A DNA stretch of 63,252 nucleotides, filler included, from Octopus bimaculoides (lineage: Eukaryota), in assembly GCF_001194135.2 (NCBI RefSeq). It is 10 parts of 8 records of this genome, joined end to end, with 100 filler letters (N's around TTAATTAATTAA, not from the genome) between each part and the next. Parts side by side here need not be neighbours in the genome. Positions count along the whole stretch, not along the records: positions 6,582 to 12,931 come from NC_068987.1; positions 13,032 to 41,559 come from NC_068985.1; 8 more parts are not named here. One strand, written 5' to 3'. The notes below the pieces were generated by a model. It did no database searches. It saw only the letters and a program-made list of their open reading frames with translations, and was not told the origin of the DNA. Below are positions 11,407 to 24,888 of the stretch, one piece after another (position 1 is the stretch's first letter; every line of letters begins with the position of its first letter). The translations under genes were made by a program, and so were the position numbers.

Positions 11407-12255
11407 TAGGGTGGGTGGGTGGAAAGTAACTAGGCATTAGAAATTGCTTATAGAATGTTTAGTATCACTAAAGTCATGACGAAAACATTTTTTAAACAGA
11501 CAACACTAATGGCGTTTTCTAATTTTCTTATTTCTCATTTTCCCGTTGGCCGATCGCTTGACTGTTCAGGAGCGAACTAAGATAGCACAACGCTATGAAG
11601 TGTGGAATTCCATTGCTTTCGTTCAGAGATGCTGGCGTGCTTGGAAAGGTAAGCATGCAACAGTACGCCAAGGAACAATAAAAAGTTGTCATGCAAAGCT
11701 GATGACCACGGGCTCTGTGAACGATGCAAGAAGTGGCCGTCCAACCACATTCCGATCAGCGGAGAACGTGGTAACAATGCAGGAAATGTTTAATCGCAGC
11801 CCGCAAAAATCAACACGTCAAGCAGCTCGTGAAAGTGGACTAACAAGACACACAATACATACGGTGTTGCATCTATATTCGTCCATAGAAACCTCATTAC
11901 ATGCAGGAGCTAAAACCTGAAGACTGTGATTGCAAAACTCCAAGAAGTCTAGATCTCACTCCATGTGACTTTTACCTGTACAAAAGAGGAGGTGTACAAG
12001 ACAAAACCTCGCACACTGGAAGACTTGGAGGTTCTCAATGATATCCCAGACGACATCCTTCAGAAGGTTGCTCATTCCATCCCTGGTCGTTTGAGGAAAC
12101 TGGTTGACACCACCGGTGCTTACGTTGAAATATGAAGATTTACTTTCATTTTCCTATATAACAAAGAACATGTATCATTTGTTTTAATAAATTTGTAAAA
12201 GGAATATGGATTTTATAACCAATTTTTAATGCCTACTTACTTTTCACCCACCCTG
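11407..12255 (+). mobile_element. Internally deleted Tc1/mariner transposon (maT/rosa DD37D-DD41D-like)
   Basis: About 45-bp imperfect TIRs (agggtgggt..aaagtaaNtaggcatta) flanked by TA. N-terminal HTH ORF 11546-11920 (TGSVNDARSGRP..SPQKSTRQAARE) and C-terminal RSLDLTPCDFYL..VYKTKPRTLEDL. The DD core is missing. Confidence 0.88.
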
Positions 12256-12262
12256 TATATAT

Positions 12263-12364
12263 GGAAAAGGTTGACAGCGACTTCGAAGTTCTAGTTTACT
12301 TGCCGTCATAAAAGAGACTAATTATAAGTAAGCCAAACCTTCAAAGTTACTGTCAATCTTTTCC
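12263..12364. mobile_element. 102-bp foldback/MITE-like element
   Basis: 39-bp imperfect inverted arms (12263-12301 and 12326-12364; 8 differences) around a 24-nt spacer. Confidence 0.6.
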
Positions 12365-12857
12365 TACTCTATTGAAAGTATTGAGTGCTTCATCTTAGTG
12401 TTCAACTATTTTATGTATCTTTCCATGTAAACAAGCATTAACAGATCGATTAAGATTACGCACACACATACATATTGATAAAAAAATTACACAGACAGAC
12501 AGGTAGGCAGTCGGATGGACAAAGAGGCCAGCAGACGGACAGACAAGCAGACAGGCAGATAGATGGATAGATATACTAATTATATTTTAGAATAGAAACA
12601 ATGTATAAATGCATCATCGCAAACTGGTCCATTTGTTACAATATTCTAAACAATAGAGTTAATAATGTGTGCATACAATTATACATCCATATATACATGT
12701 AAGCAACAAAATTTATATCAGTAGATATATAATTAAATATCTATTAAAATTACTTCAGACATTGTCAAACGTCTGGAGTAGTTTTTGTTAAATATCAGAT
12801 TTAATATCTATTGATACAGACTGTATTGTTTCCAATTCATTTAAATATATAATTGTA

Positions 12858-12931
<74 letters not shown>

Positions 12932-13344
12932 NNNNNNNNNNNNNNNNNNNNNNNNNNNNNNNNNNNNNNNNNNNNTTAATTAATTAANNNNNNNNNNNNN
13001 NNNNNNNNNNNNNNNNNNNNNNNNNNNNNNNAATTGTATTTGACAAGTTCGAAAGATGAACAAAAGCATTAATATGAAAATGAAGATATAATAAAAAAAG
13101 TTATTTCAAAATTCTGATGCCTTTTTTTCAATATTCAATTCTGTACATCACAGCTAACACTCTACACATATATATGTATATATGTATATATATATGCATA
13201 TATATGTGTGTGTATGTATATATATATATATATACATATGTATATATATGTGACATTAACTTTGAAGTTTCTGCATGCTACCCTTTGTAGCACTGTCATT
13301 TAAGTTATATTTAACATATATATTATAACTCATCACAAAAACAA

Positions 13345-13535
13345 ACCATACAGGTATGTATGTATATCTACATGGTTCAAAATTGTACAAAATACAAGAC
13401 AGGTGAAGAAACAATAAACAAGACATTTTAGTTTGATGCTCAGGAAGAATGAAAGAGTCTTTGACATTTCTAGCCTACACTCTTCTACAGAAAAGAATGA
13501 AGAGAGAAAACAGATAGAGACAGGAAAAAAATTTG
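13345..13535 (-). mobile_element. Penelope-type terminal repeat remnant carrying a hammerhead-like motif at 13458-13496
   Basis: Homologous over ~190 nt to 51341-51530. Minus strand reads TCTTTT CTGTAGA A GAGT GTAG GCTA GAAA T GTC AAAGA. Confidence 0.6.
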
Positions 13536-15000
13536 TCTATATATATATATGCATTTTGCAACAAGAATCAGTGGAATAATTATGTTTTCATTAGCATTGA
13601 ATATTGATAGATTAATGTGAAGAAAAATATAACATAATATATTGATTACTGTTGAGTTCAAATTATTTCTTATAAATAGCAGGGTCTATATTTGATTTAG
13701 TTGATTGCATTGAATGGCATATAGAGCTAGCAGTTATTTTATCAACATCAACAGGATCTGAGCTCAGAATGTTGGAGTATGACAAGACATGATATAGTGA
13801 AGCACCGAAGCCCGCATCCTGATGTCTTGGATATTTCATACACATACACACACACACACCACTATTACAACATCAAATACTTTTTAATTCTTATCATCTT
13901 CAGATCTGAGCATATGTATACATATGTTCTTGAAACCAACACCCTGCCTCTAACCAATACCGTTATCTTAACTAAACAGCCAATCTCTAACTAACCCAAT
14001 AGCCTACCATCTTAAAAAATGAAAATATACACAAAATAATGTAATACAATATATCCCTAGAAATAAAGATGGGCATGAGTGGAATGTCTTTTGATCAACA
14101 GTGACCTCAATCAGAACAAGCCTGGGATTAAACAATAACACCAACAACAACAGCAACCATTCATGGAGAGATCCAACATTCTCCATGCAAGCAAACATTG
14201 TCTCACAAAGGCCTGGATATTCTCTCTGGGGACAAAATCTTTTCATTTCCAACAGTTCCATACAATCATGACTTACACTGTAATTCTACTTTTACACATC
14301 TGGCACAGGATACCCCTGCCCCTCACATACCTGCAGGGGTAGCTATAGGTGTAGACATTCTCCATGTGTTTTATATTTATTTCTTCTATTAATCTGTCAA
14401 AGTATTTCCTCCTATACAATTTATCAAGCTGTTTTTCATTCTACCACTGCTAGAACAGTTCCCATTCCACTTTACCATTTATTTTAACCCCTATTTGATT
14501 CACTCACCAGACAGCTTTATAAAAGACACATATTTAATTAAAAAATACTCATCCAAAGATAGACAACTCAATACTAATGGAACTATAGATACAACTATTA
14601 CACTTTAAAATGGGGAAAGGTAACATCTGTACTTTTCTCCCTATGCTAACATGGATGGGAAGCATCAACTATCAAGGCACTGTTTTACAGGTGGATTCCC
14701 TTTTTATCACAAACCCATACCTATTTTTCAAGTAAGGGCTCTCTTATTCCATACATTTTCAAAGATGCAAAGCCCATGGATGACCCTATTGATCAGTAAT
14801 TGACCCTAAAATTACTCTCAGGTCTTTGAGAAGAATGGCTTAGGAGACAACTGTTCCACAAACTGTTTGATTAACTGATTAATTAGTAACCTGATTAAAC
14901 ATGCAAACTACTATGTATAAATGGATTTGGCTTGTCAAGGCATTTGAAATGTGCTAAAGTGAATAAAGTTTTGTATGGATATAATTTTTCATTATTTCTT

Positions 15001-15082
<82 letters not shown>

Positions 15083-15794
15083 ATATATATCAGTTGACTG
15101 CATGTAATTTAAATCTTACGCAAGAACCACCAGAGATCCACATATCTGAGACACACACACACATACTGTTGTATTGCTCAATCTTGAATATTCACTTTTA
15201 TTGTTGATGAGTACTTCTTAAAAATTAGCATTTTGAAAATTAGCTTTGAAGGAAGATAATAAATATGAAATATTTATTATCTAGTCTAGTATAGTCATAA
15301 AATCCTTCTGACATTGGTTTAACAGAGACCACCTCCAGCCACCAGTTCTACAACACAAAACGGTTTTAGAGTGTTTGTATTTAAATTAAAACACTCAACC
15401 ATAATTTTATGTAAAAACTTTTTACTAAATTCTGTTCCAAATATGAGATGTAACAATTAAAACACTAATTATTTTAAATTCCACCAAATTTCTAGTTTTC
15501 AAAATTATTTAAAACACACAGGAAGCAGTATGTTTTATTCGCAATATGATCAATAATAAATGGCTAAATTTCTTTCAAGTGTGAAATAGAGATTGGCATT
15601 ATTGCCTTGAAGTGAACGGGTTTTAAAACCATTTCCAATCTTTAATGAAGGAATTTTGGTAAATCTGGAAACCACTCTAAAGAACTCTGATGGTAATTAT
15701 CTTCAGATATATCAAGCATTTTGGTTAATATTTAAATTATCTATCTATGTGTGTATGTATGTATGTATGGATGGATGGATGCATGCATGCCAGA

Positions 15795-18055
15795 CTTGTT
15801 TGGAGACGTCTTGGCAGCAGTGTACTGCAACTGACAGCAGAACAGGAGCGTATCCGGTTTTGTGAGTCGAGGAGCCGTAACGCTGCTGAAGAAAGATCCC
15901 AACAAGGGGGACATTATAGATAACCTTAGGCCCATCACTCTGCTCAATGCAGACTTGAAAATTTTGGCCAAGGTGTTTGCTGAGAGGTTGGCGCTTGTCA
16001 CCGAGAAACTGGTCAACAAGGCGCAAACATGAGCTGTGCCAGGTCGGAGCATCCATGACAACCTCCATCTGATGCACTACATCGTAGATAGGGTAGTTAA
16101 GGAACCTGGCATGTGTGGGGCCCTGATCAATTTAGATCAACCGAAAGCTTTCAATAGGGTAGACTATCGATACTTGGAGGCTGTCCTCATAGCAGCCGGT
16201 TTTGGTCATGTCTTCCGTGGCTGGATGGCTGCTTTGTACAGAGGCATCCGTTCGGTAATTCACGTCAACGGGCATCTATCAAGACCCTTCGACACTGCAC
16301 ATTCGGTTTGTCAGGGATGCCCCCTCTCGTCGCTTCTGTACGTATTGACTCTCAAGCCACTACTGCGAAAGCTAGTGACACTGAGGGGCATCCTGCAAGA
16401 ACTGGGATGCGGGACAAACGTGTCCACTTATGCAGATGACGTCACCGTCATAACGTCTAGCCACGAGCACATTGAGATGGTTGGCGAGACGCTGAAAGAC
16501 CATGAAGCAGTGACGGGAGCGAAAATCAACCGAGAAAAGTCAGTGGGCTTGTGGCTCGGCACCTTGGAGAAGCAAGCCCATGCCATCCGGCAGTGCCACA
16601 TTAGTGGGACGCTGGACGGACAGGCCGGTCAAGTTGCTCGGAGTCTGGTTCGGTCCAGACCTGCAAACAGAGAAGAACTGGGACAAGATAACGACTAGGG
16701 TGGCCACTCTCTGCCAGCAATGGGCCGAGAGGAAGCTGTCCCTAAAAGGTCGGGCAGAGGTAGCGAACGTGTACATCGCGTCTGTCATCAAGTACCGCTT
16801 GACCATTGTGCCTTGTCCTGACCCTACCATCACTAAACTGGAGTGCATCCTCTTCCACAGGAAGTGTTCTGATGGTCAGGCAATCCGTTTGCTGCCAACA
16901 CCTGCTGAAAGGAGGGCTGGGCATGCCGTGGTTGATGATGCGCTGAGACTGCAACATCTCCGGCTCTACGTGGACGACGGTGAGCAGGTGTGGTTGCCGT
17001 TTGTGCGGTGCGCTTTCCTGCAGCTCGTCTCCATGACCAAGCTGCAGTCGTGGATCAAGAAGTGGCCGAGGAAGGANNNNNNNNNNNNNNNNNNNNNNNN
17101 NNNNNNNNNNNNNNNNNNNNNNNNNNNNNNNNNNNNNNNNNNNNNNNNNNNNNNNNNNNNNNNNNNNNNNNNNNNNNNNNNNNNNNNNNNNNNNNNNNNN
17201 NNNNNNNNNNNNNNNNNNNNNNNNNNNNNNNNNNNNNNNNNNNNNNNNNNNNNNNNNNNNNNNNNNNNNNNNNNNNNNNNNNNNNNNNNNNNNNNNNNNN
17301 NNNNNNNNNNNNNNNNNNNNNNNNNNNNNNNNNNNNNNNNNNNNNNNNNNNNNNATTCTGCATGCACTCGTACAGTGTCCAACCATTTCCGACCTGTGGT
17401 TTATGTCGAACGACTGCTGTCACGTGTGGGATGAGTCAGTTTATCAGCCAAGTCCATCGTCAATATCGTCACGCTTCCTTCCTTCAAAAGGGAAGGAAGA
17501 GCTATTTTTATCATACTTGTGGCTATGGGGAAAGAATGTATCTGGTGGACGCGTCTGAAAGGATTAGAGACAAACACTTTCCTCTCCGGTGAATCTCTCA
17601 TCAACTTTTTCAAGTATCACTTGAAAAGGAAAGTGAGAGTAGAGAGGCAAGTTTTGTCTAGCGAATGTTTCAAAAAAAGATAGATGGGTGAATGTAGCAA
17701 GGATGGCACACATGAATGACAAAGTTACCTTGAGCATGATCTTATAAACCCGGAAAAATTTAAAACAGAGAGTTACTTACTTGCAAATAAATGTGTTAAC
17801 ATGTGACATTATTGACCGAAGTTACCGTGGTCTTTTCTGTCGGCTTTTCTTTCCATGGATAAACCTTATCTGTTTCCTCCTTTACACTTTACATCATGAT
17901 ATTTCTGTGATACACGATCCCTATGGACCGTTTTTGTTTTTTTTACGGTCCCTATTGATCGAAAACCTACCCCCTTCTCTCCCCCCCAAAAAGAAAAGCT
18001 CTACTTTGTAATTTGTCCCCTCTGTGTTCAGCCCTGTGTGGCTAATAAAGAAACA
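15795..18055 (+). mobile_element. 5'-truncated Tx1/L1-clade non-LTR retrotransposon (RT, C-terminal Cys/His region, 3' UTR); stops and frameshifts
   Basis: LRPITLLNADLKILAKVFAERL, LDQPKAFNRVD, QGCPLSSLLY and YADDV motifs; HALVQC after the gap; 3' end AATAAAGAAACA followed by tatctatc. Confidence 0.93.
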
Positions 18056-19609
18056 TATCTATCTGTCAGTCTGTCTGTCTGTGAGTAATATATGAGTGTT
18101 AATACCTACAGGTGTCACATAAAAACAAGACAGAATGATAAAACGGGGATACAAAGATATGTTGCAAAGAAAGACCGTTGTTGATGATGATGATGATGAG
18201 GAGGAGGAGGAGGAGGAGGAGGAGGAGAAGGGTGGTGATAGAATTATGATGATGATGATTTTTCTAGATTGGTCCTTGGCCACAAACATGTTTAAGAGTA
18301 CTGAACTGTCTACAGTATATATCTAATGTTCAGCACATTGATTTAGCAACAACCTCACGTCGATGTGCACATAGACACATTCACATAAATATGATGGATT
18401 TCTATACAGTTTCCATCTACCAAGTATCATTCATAAAGTATTAGTCATCAGATATGAGAGAAGTAATAGTCAACAGGTATGAGAGAAGACACTATTTCAA
18501 AGCGATGCTGCATAATGGGATTGAATCCAGAAACATTCTTAATTGCATAATCATGTCTATACCATGTAATGGGCTAACAAGGATGCATCTAAACAAAGTA
18601 AAACCAGCTAGAATTAACTCTTAAAGAAGTCATGGACAAATTACTATTTGTGGAACTTTCTGAATGGCACACTAATGAAAAATTACCTGAAACTTTTTCT
18701 AGTAGTGTGACCTGCCTGATGATGAACTCTGTCTCATGAAGCCCACTTCTCAATAAATGTTGCCCAGGTCTGTCCTGAAGAAAGGATAATGTAGTCCTAG
18801 ATATACAAGATGGTCACAGATGGACTGTGTCCTCGGTCAAAGACAAAGTTGACTTTAGTGAGATTTGAACTTAGAATCTGAAGAGATTCTATACAGCAAG
18901 GCAGTCCTATGCTCTCCAGATTCTTGCAGTCACTGATAAAACAAAGGGAGGAAGGAAAGACGGTGAAAACAACAAAAGAAATAGAAAACTAAATGTAACA
19001 TGCACAAATGAAGAAGAGGGAGTTGTTTATGCTTAATCTAGAAAAGGTAATAGCACTAAATAATAAACAAAAACATTTGTGGTTTGTAGGGGTGGAGGGT
19101 TGCAGGTTATATGATATGTCTGGCTAATTTAATAATATACTATATATGGACCTTAAATAACTCTAAACTATCATCCCCTCCTTCCTTTGTAACGATATTT
19201 TCTGGACTGTTGCAGGCCCCCTCAAATTCAGTTACCCAGCATTCCTCCACATCAACAAACTTCTCTTTATCTTCGAAGTGCTTCTTTTTCCCCAGGAGTT
19301 CTATTAATATACCACCGAATTGGTTATGAGCCCTAACTACACCAGTTTATTTTTTGTTTATCTTGAAACCCTGATTTCCACCCTGTTCACCAACTCCATC
19401 ACTATCAATTCTACCTTGCTTACCTGGGAACAGATCATTTCCTTCATCTCCTTCATTAACTCTTTCAATCTTCTTCACTTCCACCATCCTTGACACCTCC
19501 AATTACTTTCAAGCACATATATATTTATTAGAAACATTTTCTTTTTAAAGATGCTAGTGTAAAATTTAGGCTGTTTAGCAATTTAAAAGAGAAATCTTTA
19601 ATAATGCTT

Positions 19610-19818
19610 CGAATTTTGGCACAAAGCCAGTGGTTTCAGGGAAGGTGATAAGTCAAATGCATCGACTCCAGTGTTCAACTGGTTCTTATTTTATTGACCT
19701 CGAAAGGATGAAAGGCAAAGTTGATCTTAGTGGAATTTGAACTCGGAACATATGGATGGACAAAATGCCATTAAGCATTTTGCCCAGCTAGCTAACAATT
19801 CTGCCAGCTCACCACCTT
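19610..19818 (-). mobile_element. tRNA-derived SINE family B
   Basis: Minus strand has an A-box-like TGGCAGAATTG and a B-box-like GAGTTCAAAT, and shares the actttgcctttcatcctttc core with at least 12 other copies. Confidence 0.88.
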
Positions 19819-21249
19819 AGAAATCTGTAGTAATGATATTTGATAAGTGACTTTTAAGCATTTACACATTTGTTTCACTTATTTAGGATACCCAAGCATA
19901 TTTTTGTATTTTCTTGAAATGATTTGTTTTTATAATCAATCTTGCAGTTATATGTACCTAAAAACCACAGATAGCCATAGACATTTTCAGTTTCATTTAT
20001 TTCGCTAAACTTGGCCACAAATATTTTTAAAATCCAGACTCCCACTGCCACTTTGATTTCTCCTGCTCCCGCTCACATTATGCAATACATATCCTTTCAT
20101 TTTTAACAACTTTGAGCAGCTCCAAATCCACTTCATTTGTTCTTCAATGTCATATACTACGTCAACTGTCAGCTCTTTAATACTCAATACATAGTTGAAA
20201 CTGGTTAAGGCTTGTCAGATTGCTTCAAAGAGCTCTTGCATATTTTTCACAACAGCCTCAGCTCCTATAACTCTGTAGCTCACCATTTCAACTCCACAGG
20301 CCACCACTCTCATTTTCTATTCTGGCTTCACTCAAACATCATGAACTGATCTGCTATGGGCATCAACAACTGTCTATATTCTACTTTAAGCACCATCCAT
20401 CTCCTTTCACTAATCCTCCCCTCAATGCACACAGACACACAGATTCATACTACACATCCCTCCAACTCATATGCCCACCCTCCACACACACACACACACA
20501 CACATGTGCTAACTTATTACTAAAATACTCATACACACTGCTTACAAATCATTTTGCCTGTATCTTAACATTCTACCCATTATCAGTCTCTATTCCCCTC
20601 TACTCACAAACCACATACCACTCACCTACCTACTCGCTTCATCCATTATTATTATGATTCTTGTATAACAATACAGATGTGTTTGTCTTTTCTATTCTCT
20701 CTCTCCTCTACATTCAGAACATTTGCCAATTTCTTTTCTCACAGCAATTACATATTTTTATTACTATTTCCATTCAATAACTTGTTACTGACCTCCACAA
20801 GATTCCTTAGATTCTGAATCTTAACTCTCTCTTTCTTTCTTTCTAACCCTCACTCCCAGTCCAAAGACAAGATCCCAAAAGATTAGAGAAGAGTTTAAGT
20901 TCAATCACTTTGAGGAGGGAATAATATAAACTCTTCTGTTGACTAACTGGTTCCAACAATTACCAATTTCCTTGCAGATTTCACCATGTGTCTGTGGGGG
21001 TAAGGTGTATTGAATTGTAATGATGAGGGAGTTTGAAATTCAGAGCAATAAATATAATTTTTCATACTTTTCCTCCTAATCATATTCAAAGACATTATCT
21101 CTTAGTGAGGATTACACTTAACTTCCTTTATCTTTTACTGAGGTAATTTTTATCATCAACAATTCAGAGTCTGCCTGTTTTTAATTTAGATAAAGAAAAA
21201 ATTTTAACTAATTTGAAATATAACTAACGTAGACATAAACAAATATCAG

Positions 21250-21560
21250 CATCATCATCATCATCATCAGTTAGCATCAGTTTTCCATGCTGGTATGGGT
21301 TAGATGGTAAGCTGGAGAGCTGTGCCAGGCTCCAGTCTATTTTGGCTTGATTCCTATAGCTGGATGCCCTCCCTAATGCCATCCACTCCATAGAGCACAA
21401 GTGCCTGTAATGTGTCACCGGCACCTCACATTTGTCACTAGCATGGGTGCCTCACACATGTCACTAGCATGGGTGCCTCACATGTGTCACTAGCATGAGT
21501 GCTTCACCTGTGTCACCAGCACAGGTGCCTTTCACGTGTCACCAGCACTGGCCATGACTA
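21250..21560 (-). mobile_element. RTE-family 3' UTR copy containing a 26-bp minisatellite (21425-21552, about 5 copies)
   Basis: (CAT)n tail on the plus strand followed by ttttccatgctggtatggg; repeat unit ctcacatgtgtcactagcatgggtgc. Confidence 0.85.
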
Positions 21561-22664
21561 TAATTTCACATAATTATATATTCACAACCCTGTCACCTCC
21601 ACCCCCACCAAAAAAGCACTACAACTCTAAATTTACTAATACTAATTAGGTTCTGACTGAATGTAGTTGTACTTTAAATCAAACTTTTTTCTTTTTTTCT
21701 TTTTGCAAATCCTGAATCTCTGATAATCAGAACATAAAAATCTAAGGTCCACTGAAAAAAAAACAAGAGTCTACTCTGGAAAAAAACAGAAGAGGGTCTC
21801 ACATTAATGGATTAGTGTTATGGTTAAATTACACTAATAGACAACACTACATCCATTACTAAGAATCAGTCATTCAATTAATTATTCCTACACAGACAAA
21901 CACTTTCTTCAATCTGCCTCTTTCAACACTACTACAACTCTCTCTCTCTGAGTTTCTGTCCACCAAATTTCACTCACAAGGCTCTCTGGTCAACCTTGGC
22001 CAAAGTACCATGCAGTGGGATTGATCTCCAAAGCATATGGTTGCAATGCAAACCTTTTAACCTCACAGCCATACCTACACCCACACAGTTGATGGGAGTG
22101 ATATTTACCTGTTATTTCTAGCAAGTCAGCTAAACATGTAGAGGCTCCTCTCTCATGCAATATCAAACTATTTGTTGCTGTTTACATACAATAATAGTAA
22201 AACTTTGAAGTTTTTTTTCCTGCTTTTTTTGCTGAGAAACTGCTTGAGTCATCTAAACAGATAATGTTCACTCTCTCCATCACTACACACCACCAACAAC
22301 ATCACCCACAAATACATCCCCATGACACCCTACCACCCTTACCAACCACCCCATCACTACCCATAGATTCCTCACACCTACCACCTACAGCCATCACAAT
22401 ACTCCATCCTGACACACCACCAACCCACCCACGATATCATCAACTACCACCCATCACCTTTACTGATGAGGAGGACAACAACAACAACAACAACAACGAC
22501 GATGACGACAACGCCACCACCATTTACAACCACAAATGCTAGTTTCAGCTGTTCTCAGTAACAACATAAACATCCCAAGAAAGCAGTAAACAGATTGGGG
22601 AGGGGGGAGTTTCCTCTAAATGCATAGGTAAAGAGAGGTAAGTCTGGAAGACAATATTTAGATT

Positions 22665-22681
22665 TTATATACATACATACA

Positions 22682-22732
<51 letters not shown>

Positions 22733-22748
22733 GAACACATACATACAA

Positions 22749-22832
<84 letters not shown>
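22665..22832. repeat. (TACA)n-(TA)n-(TAGA)n compound microsatellite
   Basis: Read directly from the sequence. Confidence 0.95.
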
Positions 22833-23804
22833 GTGTGTGTGTGTATATAGACATTTATACAGTACACACATTTTTGCATGACAGGCTCAGGCTAGGGATT
22901 CTTATCTACTGCAGCAGGGAAACTTCCTACACCAGTTGGGAATAAAAGAAGCCGGGAGCGGGGCTACTAGTGAGAGGATGGGAGGGGGGCAGTTAAACAT
23001 GCTGGATGAGTGCAAAGAGAAGGAATAACACATGGTGGGGGGGGGGACATAATACTGGTAAGACATATAGAAAGGGAGTGGGTCTAGTAAGACATGTCAG
23101 GATGATTGGGGAAGGAAAAGATGGAGAAGATGTAATAAAAGAGTGAAAACTAACCAAAATGACAGCACATAAGATATCTGGAGATTTGGGTAATGAGGAG
23201 TGAGAAATTTCAACTCTTCATCCCATAGATCTTTAGAGGGTAACTTTATACTTACTACTGTTACAGCTACCTAGTTTAGGGCTGGACTAATTATATATTT
23301 ACTGTAGCTATAACTCACCAGGTTAGGGCCAGACTAATATTTCTTTCACTTTGTATTATTACCTGAAATGGTTAGGCAGCTATCTGACTCATTATAAAGG
23401 TATGTGACCAAGTGGTTAGGGTGTTAAACTCAAAATCATAAAGATGTGAGTTCCATTTCTTGACCAGGCAGCATAATGTGGGCTTGAGCAATGCACTTCA
23501 TTGTTGTTTTCACTGAGAAGCCAACATCTACTCTCTGTTGAACAGCAACAATCTGAAACATAAGCTCTTCCCCGTCTCATCCTAATCAAGCTTATTGTCA
23601 TTCTATTAATTCAATAAGAATCCACAACCTATTGTAAATCGAACTGTCTCTGAGTGCATTGTTAGAACAAGGGATCAAATTCCTATTTGTCTTTGATTTT
23701 CGCAAGGATCTGACTTCAATTTTTATCCTTCAAGACTAGTCCAATATTGGTGTCAATTAAAACAGACTCTTTGTTTCCATCTTTGCCTGTGTGCCAATGT
23801 TAAA

Positions 23805-24270
23805 CTGGCAGAGTTGTTGGCACATCAAACAAAATGCTTAGCAGATTTTGTCCAGCTCTTTAAGTTCTGAGTTCAAATGCCACCAAGGTCGACTTTGTCT
23901 TTCAGCCTTGCAGGGGTTAATAAAATAAAGCATTAATCAAGTTTTGGGATTGATGTAATCGATTAATACCCTCCCTTAAAAATTGATGACTTAATTTGAA
24001 GCAATTATTATTATTATTATCATTATTATTATTATCATTATTATTATTATCATTATCATTTTGAGCTGAGAGAATTGTTATAGCATTGGAATAAATACCT
24101 TGCAGTATTTCTTTTGGCTTGCCTTCAAATGCTATTGCAGTTAACTTTGCGTTTCATCTTTCCAGCCCCAATAAAATAAAAGTACCAGTGAAGTACTGGG
24201 GATGGTGGGACAATGTAATTGACTTATCCCCTCTCCTGGAAAGTGCTGGCCTTGTGCCTGATTCATAAAC
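23805..24270 (+). mobile_element. Two head-to-tail decayed SINE family B copies separated by (ATT)n
   Basis: actggcagagttgttggcac..gagttcaaat, then (att/atc)n at 24004-24060, then a second copy ending ggccttgtgcc. Confidence 0.75.
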
Positions 24271-24812
24271 AGTTGTAGTAGTGGTGGTGGTTGTATCACC
24301 GTCTGCTAAAATCAACAGAACTAAATTTGTTAAATAACACAATATAGCAATGCATTTTAGTTTCTTCCTCTATGGTCCAGAGTTCACATCCACTTGGTGT
24401 TCAGTTTGACATTCATCCACCAATAATAGGAATATTTTTCATATACTGGATAGGGTGGAGTAAATTAACTACACCCTCCTGGGCATGTGGTATCAAGTTC
24501 TTAGAAATTATTATTTTGTGGGTGGAACTGTAATTAGGAAGACAAAATCTACAGGAATCTGGTCGCCTCTTTTATCTTTTACTTGTTCCAATCATTGGAA
24601 TGTGGCCATGCTGGGACACCACCTTTAATAGTTTTATTTAAACAAATTGACCCTAGTACATTTGTCCTTTTTTTAAGTCCCAAGTTTACCAGGCTCAAGT
24701 TTATGCAGCATTCAAAATTCCTAGTTATTTATTAGTATCAAACATAAACACACACATCCAAATAAGGTCAAAATGATAATGTCTGTTGATATACAGATAT
24801 TAAATGGGTGTC

Positions 24813-24888
<76 letters not shown>

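Noticed and set aside
12765-12800. Minus-strand LLQTFD, similar to the IFT172 MLQTFDY motif
   Set aside because: It is flanked by in-frame stops, lacks splice sites, and the similarity does not extend.
23416-23601. Minus-strand tttcag|..DCCC, similar to the IFT172 DCCLRR motif
   Set aside because: The following residues do not match RRSIYKNKF.
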